Shown: positions 18,239-26,978 of the stretch, in pieces
Layout: each line of letters begins with the position of its first letter
How positions within the stretch are numbered: position 1 is the first letter of the stretch
Source: an uncultured Thermoleophilia bacterium
GTDB taxonomy: Bacteria > Actinomycetota > Thermoleophilia > UBA2241
Length of the DNA: 42,752 nt
Reading direction: 5' to 3'
Assembly: GCA_963715985.1 (NCBI GenBank)
Contig: CAVQSP010000002.1
Location: 1 to 42,752, forward strand
The notes under the pieces: generated by a model
What the model was told of the DNA's origin: nothing
Database searches by the model: none
Seen by the model: only the letters and a program-made list of their open reading frames with translations
Translations under genes and position numbers: made by a program

Positions 18239-18277
18239 GATGAGGGGGCGGGCGCCTGCGGCGCCCGCCCCCTCATC
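18239..18277. terminator. 18-bp perfect hairpin between convergent genes, probable bidirectional terminator
   Basis: GATGAGGGGGCGGGCGCC-TGC-GGCGCCCGCCCCCTCATC. Confidence 0.85.
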
Positions 18278-18295
18278 GTTGTGACTCTCTTACTC

Positions 18296-19177
18296 TCAGG
18301 TCAAGCCTGAGGCTTCTCCGGGCTCGGTCGGGGCGGACACCGTCTGACCCTCGCCGAGCCGGGGCGGCCGGTCGCCCTCGGGCGTGATCGAGAGCGACTC
18401 ACCCGGATCGAGCAGGCGCACCTCAACGTCGGGCGCAGCCTCCGCGGCCATGGTCGCGAACGCCTCCGGCCGGCGCCGGATCTTGCGGAACCAGGCGTAC
18501 GTGGCCTCCTTGCCGGCGTAGGCGGAGCCGGGGAGGTAGAGGGTGCCCCAGTGGATCGGCACGGCGACGCGCGGCCGCAGCATGGCGAGGGCGCTGGCCG
18601 CCGAGCGCGGGCTCATGTGGCGGCCTTCCGGCGGCCTGACCCCCCAGGTCTCGATGGGCAGCAGCGCCACGTCGATGCGGTCGTGCAGGTCGTCCATCCC
18701 GTCGAACAGGGCCGTGTCCCCGGCGAAGTACACGGTGGTGGACCCCTGCACGATGAAGCCGAGAGGCTCAGTGGCGGGCGTCAGCACCCAGCGCCGTTTG
18801 GTGTGCTTCGCGTGCACGGCCATCACGTCCACGTCGCCGACGTGCAGGATGGTGTCGCGCCGCGTCTCGATGATCGTCTTGAAACCGACCTTGTGGACGG
18901 TCCGGCCGACCAGCGGCGGCCCGATGACGACGGCCGACTTGGGCAGCATCTTCAGCGACGGCGTGTCGAGGTGGTCCAGGTGCAGGTGCGAGATGAGGAC
19001 CGCGTCGAGGTGGTGGTGCGTGCCGGGCTCGGGCAGGGGGCCGTAGCGGCGCAGCGCGCCGGTCCAGCGCTTGAGCGCCGGGTCGGTGAGGATGCGCACG
19101 CCGTCCATCTCGATGAGGACGGTGCCGTGGCCGACATAGGTGATCGTCGTCGGCGCCACAGTCTCCTCCGCGCTCAT
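18296..19177 (-). CDS. MBL-fold metallo-hydrolase (UlaG/NAPE-PLD-like)
   Basis: YVGHGTVLI, LTDP, ISHLHLDHLD, YFAGDT, PIHWGT. Confidence 0.9.
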   Translation of the reverse strand: MSAEETVAPTTITYVGHGTVLIEMDGVRILTDPALKRWTGALRRYGPLPEPGTHHHLDAVLISHLHLDHLDTPSLKMLPKSAVVIGPPLVGRTVHKVGFKTIIETRRDTILHVGDVDVMAVHAKHTKRRWVLTPATEPLGFIVQGSTTVYFAGDTALFDGMDDLHDRIDVALLPIETWGVRPPEGRHMSPRSAASALAMLRPRVAVPIHWGTLYLPGSAYAGKEATYAWFRKIRRRPEAFATMAAEAAPDVEVRLLDPGESLSITPEGDRPPRLGEGQTVSAPTEPGEASGLT

Positions 19178-19375
19178 GCTCCGCCTCCTTCTCCGCCGCC
19201 TCCCGCAGGTCCCTGTGAGCACCCTTTGCCCAGCAACGGCTATCGGCAGTCCCGCGCGCGTTCACGAGCTTCTGCGCGTCGGCGCGGGCACCTGCACGGG
19301 CGGCGGCGGGCGCGGCCGGCGGAGACGGACGGTCGTTGCGCGTCGGCCACGAGCGCCCCCGCCGGCGGGGCCGGC

Positions 19376-20422
19376 TCAGCGCGTGAGGCGCCGGCCTCCC
19401 GCGAACTCGGAGGCATAGGGCTCGGTGGCCAGCGACACCTCGGCGACGGCCTTGCCGGTGGCCGGCGCGTGGATCATGCGCCCGCCGCCCACGCAGATGC
19501 CGACGTGGTGCACGTCCCCCGCGCCGTTCCGGAAGAACACGAGGTCGCCGGCACGCAGCGAGGCGCGCGACCTCACGGCGCGCCCGAAGGTGGACTGGGG
19601 CGCGGCGTCGCGCGGGATGGTCACGCCGAGCACGCGGAACACGGACGAAGTGAAGCCCGAGCAGTCGAAGCCGAACCCGGAGGTGCCGGCCCACAGATAC
19701 TGCAGACCGAGAAAGCGGCGCGCCTCCGCGACGACCTGCGCGCCGGTCGGCGTCTCGAGCTGTCCACCCGTCGTGCGCAGGGCGACGGCGGCGCGGGCCA
19801 CGAAGGCGTGCGCGCCGTCCTGCGTGGCCACCTCCACAGTCGATGAGGTCCAGCTCACGGCCGGAAGGCGCGTGGCGTAGGAGACCCGCAGCACGCGCTC
19901 GTCGAGGGCGGCCGACGTCCACAGCCACGTGGTCGGCCGGGTGACCACGGCCTCCCGCTGCGCCGTGGCCGGGACGTGCGCCTTGAGCTGCCTGGTGGGC
20001 AGCCAGCCCGGATAGCCGAGCTCCTCGCGCGGCGTCGGCTGGCCGGCCACGGCGACCTTCGACCAGGCCCCGGACGTGGCCAGGACGAACACCTTGTCCC
20101 CGAGAAGCGCCTGCGTCTCCAGACGGCCGACGAGCCAGCGCTTCTGCGCGACGGACATGGCCGCCACCCAGGCGCGCGGGTCGGCCGGCACGGCCAGCGA
20201 CGGCGCGTCCACGGGCCGCGCCTGCCTCGGCTTGACCCAGAGCGTGGCCACCGACACGGCCACCCACCGCACCGGGGCGTCCTGCCGCGCGGCGCGAGCG
20301 CCGGTTCGCGTCGCCGCCGTCGCGGACCCCGCACCTGCAGCCGTCGCCGGACCCGGCCCCGCGAACGTTGCGCCCAGCGCCGCCCCAAGGGCCACGGCAA
20401 GCATGAGCCTGCGCCGCCTCAC
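19376..20422 (-). CDS. Secreted NlpC/P60 (C40) peptidase, YkfC-like gamma-D-glutamyl endopeptidase
   Basis: Signal peptide, ETQALLG, YPGWLP, YLWAGTSGFGFDCSGF, PRDA, GDLVFF, HHVGI. Confidence 0.9.
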   Translation of the reverse strand: MRRRRLMLAVALGAALGATFAGPGPATAAGAGSATAATRTGARAARQDAPVRWVAVSVATLWVKPRQARPVDAPSLAVPADPRAWVAAMSVAQKRWLVGRLETQALLGDKVFVLATSGAWSKVAVAGQPTPREELGYPGWLPTRQLKAHVPATAQREAVVTRPTTWLWTSAALDERVLRVSYATRLPAVSWTSSTVEVATQDGAHAFVARAAVALRTTGGQLETPTGAQVVAEARRFLGLQYLWAGTSGFGFDCSGFTSSVFRVLGVTIPRDAAPQSTFGRAVRSRASLRAGDLVFFRNGAGDVHHVGICVGGGRMIHAPATGKAVAEVSLATEPYASEFAGGRRLTR

Positions 20423-21015
20423 GCACCCTCCCCCTGCGCGGGTTCGCGCAGCACGTGCATCGCCGCGGCGTAGCGCACCAGCTCATCGAGCATCGCCGTT
20501 GCGGCCCGCTCCAGGCTCTCGTTCGCCTGGAACTGCCCGTCGTCGTCGAACAGCTGGGCGACGAAGGGGATGTACACGCTCTCGAACAGCGTCGTGACGC
20601 GCAGCCCGAGCAGGGCCAGGCGGAGCATCTCCGCCGCCCGCGACCCAGCGGCGATGCCGCCGTAGGCCACGATGCCGGCCGGCTTGTGCGCCCACTCCTG
20701 GTAGAGGAAGTCGAGCGCGTTCTTGAGCGGCGCGTTGATGCTGTGGTTGTACTCCGGGATCACGAAGACGAAGGCGTCGGCGACATCGACGCGCACGCTC
20801 CACGCCCGCGTGTGCTCCTTGGTGTAGCGCTTGAGGCGCGGGTGGTTGGGCTCGTCCAGGAACGGCAGGCCCAGGTCGGCCAGGTCGACGACGTCCACGG
20901 CGAAACCGCCGTGCGCGTCGGCGTGCCGCGCCACCCACTGCGCCACCGGCAGCCCCACGCGTCCGGGGCGGGTGCTGGCGATGACGATCATGAGCGTGGG
21001 CCGCACGGCGCTCAT
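20419..21015 (-). CDS. NADPH-dependent FMN reductase
   Basis: STRPGRVG, PEYNHSINAPLKNALD, EWAHKPAGIVAYGG. Confidence 0.93.
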   Translation of the reverse strand: MSAVRPTLMIVIASTRPGRVGLPVAQWVARHADAHGGFAVDVVDLADLGLPFLDEPNHPRLKRYTKEHTRAWSVRVDVADAFVFVIPEYNHSINAPLKNALDFLYQEWAHKPAGIVAYGGIAAGSRAAEMLRLALLGLRVTTLFESVYIPFVAQLFDDDGQFQANESLERAATAMLDELVRYAAAMHVLREPAQGEGA

Positions 21016-22994
21016 GCAGCACCCTCCGTGCCGTCCTTGAGGTGCCCGTCGAAGAAGTCGAGCACGAGACGGAACCGCTGCACGCGGTGCACGGGGCTGC
21101 CGGAACGGGTCAGCTCGTGCGACTCCTTCGGAAAGCGCACCATCTCCACCGGCCGCTTGAGCAGGCGGAGAGTGACGAAGAGGTGCTCCGCCTGCTCGAC
21201 GGGGCAGCGCAGGTCGTCCTCCGAGTGCAGGATGAGCAACGGTGTGTGGATGTTCTCCGCGTAGGTCGACGGCGACGAGACGAGGTACCTGTCCACGTCC
21301 TCGTAGAGGAAGGCGTCCATGTAGCCCCTGAAGTCCCAGCCGAAGTCACTGGAGCCCCACTGCGAGACCCAGTTGTTCAAGGCCCGCTCCGAGATGGCAG
21401 CCTTGAACCTGTCTGTGTGCGACACGATCCACGAGGTCATGAAGCCGCCGTAGGAGCCGCCGATGACGCCGAGGCGCTCGGGGTCGACGAAGTCGAACGC
21501 GGCGAGCGCGTGGTCCACCACGGCCATGCAGTCCTCGTAGTCGACCGTGCCCCAGCCGGGTCCGGCCTCGCCGGGGCCGCGGATGGCCCGGCCCCAGGCC
21601 TCGTCCGCGCCGCTGGAGCCGCGCGGGTTGGCGAAGAGCACCACGTAGCCCGCGCCGCAGTACACCTGGAACTCGTCGAAGAAGGCGGCGCCGTACTGGG
21701 CGAAGGGGCCGCCGTGGATGTTGAACAGCGTCGGGTACCGCTTGCCGGGCTCGAAGCCGGCGGGTTTCATCACCCAGGCGTCCACCTCGCTGCCGTCACG
21801 CGAGACGGCCGTGAAGCGCTCCGCGGCCACCAGCTCGCGCCCGGCGGCGAAGGCGTCGCCCACGCTCGTGAGGCGGCGCTCCGTGGCCGGCGCCGCCGCT
21901 ACCTCGCGCGCGAACAGCTCGCCGAGCCGAGTGGGCTCGTCGGCGGCGAACGCGAGGCGCCCGCCACGCAGGTCGAAGCCGCCGACGGTGCGCTCACCGC
22001 CCACTTCGAGACGGGGCGGGGACGACCCGTCGGCCGGCGCCCGGTAGAGATGCGTGCGGCCGCGGTCCTGGACGGAGAAGACCACGTCCCCGCCGTCCCA
22101 CACGGGCTCACGCGGGGACGGGTAGCCGCCACAGTCGCGGTCCAGCGACGTCGTGATGAGGCGCAGCTCGCCTGAGGCGGCGTCCACGATGGCGATCTGC
22201 GTGTGCCTGGGGTCGTCGTACACGCCGGGATAGCGCAGGGCGGCGAGATGCGTGCCGTCCGGTGACCATGACACCCCGGCGATCGAGCCGCCGCCCTGGG
22301 TGAGACGCCGCGGCTCTCCGCCGGCGGCGTCCACGAGGTACACGTCCGTGACCATCTCGAGGTCCCAGTCCGGCTGGCGGGCGGAGATGAAGGCCAGGGT
22401 GGCGCCGTCAGGTGACCACGCGACACCGTAGTCCTCGAAGTCCCCGGAGGTGATCTGGGCCGGCGCGGCGGAGCCGTCCGCCGGCACCGTGAACAGGTGC
22501 TGCGGGCGGTCCACGGTCCAGCCGACGGTGTCGAGCTTGTATTGGAGCCGCGAGATGCGCCGAGGCTCGCGGCGTTTGTCGTCCTCTTCGTCGTAGGCGG
22601 CGTCGCGCACACGAGAGACGAAGGCGATGGTGCCACCGTCGGGCGACCACGACGCCTCCTTCACGTCTTCGTTCAGATCAGTGAGCTTGCGCGCCTCGCC
22701 GCCGTCCACCGGCATCACGTAGAGCTGCATCACCTTGCCGTCGCGGTTGGAGGTGAAGGCGAGACGGGAGCCGTCGGGAGACCAGCGCGGATCGGCGTCG
22801 TTCTTGGAGCCGGCGGTAAAGCGACGCGGCGGGGACGACCCGTCCGCCGCCGCCAGCCACACCGCCCCGCGGTACTCGTTGGCCTCGCCGTCCGCCGCGC
22901 CCACCACGTACGCCACCGTCGTGCCGTCCGGCGAGAGGCGCGGGTCCGAGACCCCCGTCAGCGCCAAGACGTCCTCCGGGACCATGCCGGCCAT
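21012..22994 (-). CDS. S9 family peptidase (PD40 beta-propeller plus alpha/beta hydrolase)
   Basis: Repeated WSPDG units, IHGGP, NPRGS, nucleophile GGSYGG, HSEDDLRC, ESHEL. Confidence 0.94.
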   Translation of the reverse strand: MAGMVPEDVLALTGVSDPRLSPDGTTVAYVVGAADGEANEYRGAVWLAAADGSSPPRRFTAGSKNDADPRWSPDGSRLAFTSNRDGKVMQLYVMPVDGGEARKLTDLNEDVKEASWSPDGGTIAFVSRVRDAAYDEEDDKRREPRRISRLQYKLDTVGWTVDRPQHLFTVPADGSAAPAQITSGDFEDYGVAWSPDGATLAFISARQPDWDLEMVTDVYLVDAAGGEPRRLTQGGGSIAGVSWSPDGTHLAALRYPGVYDDPRHTQIAIVDAASGELRLITTSLDRDCGGYPSPREPVWDGGDVVFSVQDRGRTHLYRAPADGSSPPRLEVGGERTVGGFDLRGGRLAFAADEPTRLGELFAREVAAAPATERRLTSVGDAFAAGRELVAAERFTAVSRDGSEVDAWVMKPAGFEPGKRYPTLFNIHGGPFAQYGAAFFDEFQVYCGAGYVVLFANPRGSSGADEAWGRAIRGPGEAGPGWGTVDYEDCMAVVDHALAAFDFVDPERLGVIGGSYGGFMTSWIVSHTDRFKAAISERALNNWVSQWGSSDFGWDFRGYMDAFLYEDVDRYLVSSPSTYAENIHTPLLILHSEDDLRCPVEQAEHLFVTLRLLKRPVEMVRFPKESHELTRSGSPVHRVQRFRLVLDFFDGHLKDGTEGAA

Positions 22995-23184
22995 GCCACC
23001 GCTCCCTCCTGCCGCCGCGGTCAGAGGGGCGTCGGTGCCCCGCCGCGGCCGGCGCGTGCCGCCCGGGTCATTCTACGCGGCGCGCCGTGGACACGCGCGG
23101 AGAGGGCGAAGATCGGCGCCGGCGGGCGGGAGCGGGCGAAGGCCGGCGCGTGCGGCCGGCACCCGGCCGGAGCTGCCGTCGCGG

Positions 23185-25251
23185 TCAGCCCAGGTCGCGC
23201 CGGTAGTCCCACTCCGGGGCGATGACCGTGGTCCCCTCGGTGTCCTCGATCTCGCGACGCCAGGCGACCCTCTGGCCCACGCTCGCGCGCAGCCGCCAGC
23301 GGAACGTCTTGCTGGCGTTCTCCACAGACTCCTTGACGGCCGCAAGACGGGCGTGGACCCGGCCCTTCTCGGCCTCGCTCAGCCCGTAGTCGTCCACCAT
23401 CGAGATGACGACGTCGAGGTTGGTGGTGAGGTCGTGGTACAGCCCCCAGTCCTTGGAGCACACGTCGGCGACGTGCAGCATGTCGATGCCGGTGTCGTCG
23501 TCCACGTCGCGCAGGGGCACGTCCTTGAACAGGGCGATGACGTCGTGCACGTCCTTCTGGTTGATCTTGCCGATCTGGAGCTTGGCGATGACGGCGTCCG
23601 CCGGGGAGATGGCGTAGTCGTCGATGCCGAGGCGATCCTGCACGTCGACGTCGTGATCCATACGCATCACGTCGAGGAAGACGTCCACGTGGTCCACGAG
23701 CGGAGGCTCATAGGAGGTGGATGCGCGGCCGGCCGCTGTGTCGAGGGCGTGCTCGAGGGCCTCGGTCTTGATGTACTGCAGCTGCCCCTGGTCGGTGGCC
23801 TGGGCCACGTAGCGGTTGCTCGTGTACCCGAGCCCGTTGAAGGTCGCGTCGAGCTCCTTGGACTCCGCCGACAGGCCGATGAAGTCGATGTCCGAGTACT
23901 CGCGGTCCATGAAGGCGAGGTCGGTGCAGTACCTGCGGATGGCGAGGCCGCCGGTGAGGCGGAGCTGGGCGCCGTGCTCGCGCGCCGCGTCGATGATGTC
24001 CATGGCCTCGGCCATCAGCCGGTCGGCGCGGCGGAGCGGCGCCTGCGTCTCCACCGCCACGGACTTGATCACGTCGCCCTGCGCCTCGGCGCCGGGCAGA
24101 CTGCGGAGGTCCTCCACGGGGTGCAGCACGGCGTCCAGCACGTGGCGGGCCAGGTACACACGCGGCCAGTTCCTCTCGCTCCACTCCTCGAGCAGACCCT
24201 TGGCTTCGAGCTCGCGCACGGCCCTGCGCGCCGTGGGGTTGGTCACGCCGAGCAGGCGCTGCGCCTCCGGCACCGTGATGCACGGCGTGCGGAAGAGCTC
24301 GTCGGCGAGCGCGAGCGCGTGGCCTTTGACCTTCTCGCGGTCGCGCTCGTAGTGGCGGATGAGCGCGCGCGCCTGACGGGACGCGCGCTCCGCCGTCTCG
24401 TAGACTCCGTGCGCGAAGAAGCGCAGCCACGGCTCCCACTCGCCGTGGGTGCGCGTGCGCTGCAGGAGCAGGTAGTACTCGTCGCGGTGTCCCTCGAGGA
24501 AGGCCGAGAGGTACAGCAACGGCCGGCTGAGGCGGCCGCGCTCCATCAGGAACAGGGTGATGAGCAGGCGGCCGAGCCGGCCGTTGCCGCCCACGAAGGG
24601 GTGGATGGTCTGGAACTGCGCGTGCAGCATCGCGCACTGCACGAGGTCCGGCAGCGTGCCGCGCTCCTGCAGGAAGGCCTCCCACTGGGAGAGCGCCTGG
24701 TGCAGCCGGGAGATCGGCGTGGGCACATAGGTGGCCGTGGCCAGCGTGGCGCCGGGCGGCCCGATCCAGTTCTGTGAGGTGCGGAACTCGCCGGGCGTGC
24801 GCGCCTGCCCCACCTCGCCCATGAGCAGGCGCTCGTGCAGGGCGCGCACGAAGTCGAGCGAGAGCCGCTCCTCCTTGAGCCTCTCGACACCGAAGCGCAG
24901 GGTGGCGATGCAGCTGCGCACCTCGCGTAGGTCCTCCCGCGGCACGCTGGCGCGCGCCGCCCCAACCTGGTCGAGCAGCAGGTCGGAGAGGCTCACCTCC
25001 GCGCCCTCGATACGCGACGAGCACAGGGCCTCCTGGCGCTTGAACGGAGCGTCCAGGACCTGCGGGTCGGGCAGCTGGCCGCCGACGCCGGACAGCTCGC
25101 CGAGGGCCGCGTCCGCCTTCGAGAGGGCGAACACGAGCTCGGGGCTGTACGTGATGATGGGCGGCAAAGGGGCCGGCACGAAGGCGGCATACCCCTCCGC
25201 ACAAGTCACGACCTCGCCGGCATCCGGGGCGTGAAACTCGCTGGGATCCAC
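23185..25251 (-). CDS. Fic family protein (Fic_N, Fic, wHTH) fused to a C-terminal nucleotidyltransferase-like domain
   Basis: AFVPAPLP, SSRIEG, PGEFRTSQNWIG, HPFVGGNGRLGR, HTH (VPEAQRLLGVTNPTARRAVRELEAKGLL), then LRLTGGLAI...REYSDIDF, HVDVFLD, KLQI...NQKD, DWGL. GTG start at 25251 inferred; upstream in-frame starts exist. Confidence 0.85.
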   Translation of the reverse strand: MDPSEFHAPDAGEVVTCAEGYAAFVPAPLPPIITYSPELVFALSKADAALGELSGVGGQLPDPQVLDAPFKRQEALCSSRIEGAEVSLSDLLLDQVGAARASVPREDLREVRSCIATLRFGVERLKEERLSLDFVRALHERLLMGEVGQARTPGEFRTSQNWIGPPGATLATATYVPTPISRLHQALSQWEAFLQERGTLPDLVQCAMLHAQFQTIHPFVGGNGRLGRLLITLFLMERGRLSRPLLYLSAFLEGHRDEYYLLLQRTRTHGEWEPWLRFFAHGVYETAERASRQARALIRHYERDREKVKGHALALADELFRTPCITVPEAQRLLGVTNPTARRAVRELEAKGLLEEWSERNWPRVYLARHVLDAVLHPVEDLRSLPGAEAQGDVIKSVAVETQAPLRRADRLMAEAMDIIDAAREHGAQLRLTGGLAIRRYCTDLAFMDREYSDIDFIGLSAESKELDATFNGLGYTSNRYVAQATDQGQLQYIKTEALEHALDTAAGRASTSYEPPLVDHVDVFLDVMRMDHDVDVQDRLGIDDYAISPADAVIAKLQIGKINQKDVHDVIALFKDVPLRDVDDDTGIDMLHVADVCSKDWGLYHDLTTNLDVVISMVDDYGLSEAEKGRVHARLAAVKESVENASKTFRWRLRASVGQRVAWRREIEDTEGTTVIAPEWDYRRDLG

Positions 25252-25295
25252 TTCATCACCTTCTCGACGTTCGTTCGTCTGTGTCGCGCTGTAGA

Positions 25296-25324
25296 TTGAA
25301 AGCATACCCTACAAATGGTTGCAA
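25296..25324. promoter_or_regulatory. Imperfect inverted repeat in the AT-rich divergent promoter region
   Basis: TTGAAAGCAT-N9-ATGGTTGCAA, 8 of 10 arm positions match. Confidence 0.4.
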
Positions 25325-25396
25325 AGCCGTGAAGAACGTGCAAAGTGTGGATGAAGCGCCCGGCTGGGACCGGCGCGATACTCAGGAGGGAGCGCG

Positions 25397-25960
25397 ATGC
25401 CCGACGAAGCACGCGTGGAGCAGACGGACGCCGGTCTGGCGCCGGCCACCGAAGGGTGGTTCACGGTCAACCTCAAGGACGCGGTCTGGGAGCGCAGTGA
25501 GAGCTTCGGCGTCGACTGCGCGTTCGAAGGCGACGGCAACCGCTTCGCGCAGATCGGCTACACCCTCTGCGTGGTGCAGCCCGGCCAGCCCAGCGCCCTC
25601 TATCACCGCGAGACGGAACAGGAGGACTTCCTCGTCCTCGCCGGCGAGTGCCTGCTGCTCGTCGAGGAGCAGGAACGCCACCTCCACGCGTGGGACTTCG
25701 TGCACTGTCCGGCGGGCACGGCGCACATCTTCGTGGGCGCCGGGGACGGGCCGTGCGCCATCTTCATGGCCGGCGCCCGCCGCGAGGACTCCGGCGTGGT
25801 CTATCCGCGCTCGCCGCTGGCGCTCGCGCACGGCGCCGGTGTGGAACGCGAGACGTCCTCGCCGGCGGAGGCGTACGCGCCCTTCGAGGGATGGCGTCCC
25901 TGGCCGGCGGCGGAGCGGGCCGGCGCAGACTCCGACCCGCTCGCGCTGTTCGGCGGCTGA
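25397..25960 (+). CDS. Cupin domain protein
   Basis: PGQPSALYHRETEQEDFLVLAG...HCPAGTAH cupin motifs; GGAGG RBS. Confidence 0.9.
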   Translation: MPDEARVEQTDAGLAPATEGWFTVNLKDAVWERSESFGVDCAFEGDGNRFAQIGYTLCVVQPGQPSALYHRETEQEDFLVLAGECLLLVEEQERHLHAWDFVHCPAGTAHIFVGAGDGPCAIFMAGARREDSGVVYPRSPLALAHGAGVERETSSPAEAYAPFEGWRPWPAAERAGADSDPLALFGG

Positions 25961-26059
25961 CGCGAGGCGGCGCGGCGCGGCCGGGACGGCGCGGCCGGGA
26001 CGGCGCGGATCGCTGGGTCCGAGGCGACGCGGCGGCGGAGCCCTCCGGCCCCGCCGCGC

Positions 26060-26806
26060 TCACGCGTTGGCGCTGTCGCCCTCCACGTGCCGGGCCACGT
26101 TGCCGGCGCGCAGCTTGACGATCTGCGCGCGCAGCTCCTCCTCGCTCATGAACTCGTCGTCGGCCGCGCGGTCGTGGTGGACCATCTCTCCCCGCGTCCT
26201 CATCAGCTTGCCCGAGGGAGGCGCGTCCATGGCCGACTCGCCGACCAGCACGAGGTCGTAGAGGTAGATGTACTCCGGGAGGTTGAGCAGGTGCTTCACC
26301 TTGCCCTCCACGGTCGGGTACTTCACGCCGGACACCGGCTGGGCCGCCAGACCGAGGCTGTGGGCGGCCAGAAGCAGGTAGAGAAAGGCGTTGGCGATCG
26401 ACGACTCGAAGATGGAGTCGCCCTTCTGGGTCGCGTAGCGGGCGGCCATCGGCAGGCCCACGCGCCGGCGGGTATCGCCGAGCACGGCGATCATCACCGG
26501 CGCCTCGGGGCAGGCCCAGCGGCCGTGCGTTTCGATGGCCCACGGCGACCCCTGCCACTCCTCGCGGGTCGCCTCCAGCTCAAAGAAGTCGGTGTTCTTG
26601 TAGTCGTCGACGATCCCCCTGATCTCCGCGCGCAGCTCGGGGTCGTCCACGACCAGCAGCTCGACCGGCTGCATGTTGAAGCCCGTCGGCGCCCAGCGCG
26701 CCGCCTCGAGCAGCTTGTCCACGACGCCGTCCGGCAGGGGATCCGGCTTGATCGCGCGGATGGTGCGGCGACCCTTGACGAACGTGAGGAACTCCTCGTA
26801 CTCCAC
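26060..26806 (-). CDS. Nitroreductase family protein
   Basis: RRTIRAIKPDPLP, LLEAARWAPTGFNMQP, LAAHSLGL; GTG start after GGAGG. Confidence 0.9.
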   Translation of the reverse strand: MEYEEFLTFVKGRRTIRAIKPDPLPDGVVDKLLEAARWAPTGFNMQPVELLVVDDPELRAEIRGIVDDYKNTDFFELEATREEWQGSPWAIETHGRWACPEAPVMIAVLGDTRRRVGLPMAARYATQKGDSIFESSIANAFLYLLLAAHSLGLAAQPVSGVKYPTVEGKVKHLLNLPEYIYLYDLVLVGESAMDAPPSGKLMRTRGEMVHHDRAADDEFMSEEELRAQIVKLRAGNVARHVEGDSANA

Positions 26807-26978
26807 GACATCCTCCCGGAGGCGGCAGACCGACGGACGGCCCCATCCTACCGGCTCCCGGCGCGGCCCTCCCGCGGCGGCCGCGCCCCCCACCTTCCTC
26901 CGCCGCGCCTTCCGTCCCCTCGCAGCATGCCAGCCCGCGCTCGCGGGAACACTGTGGGTGTCCGCAGAAGGAGACGCC

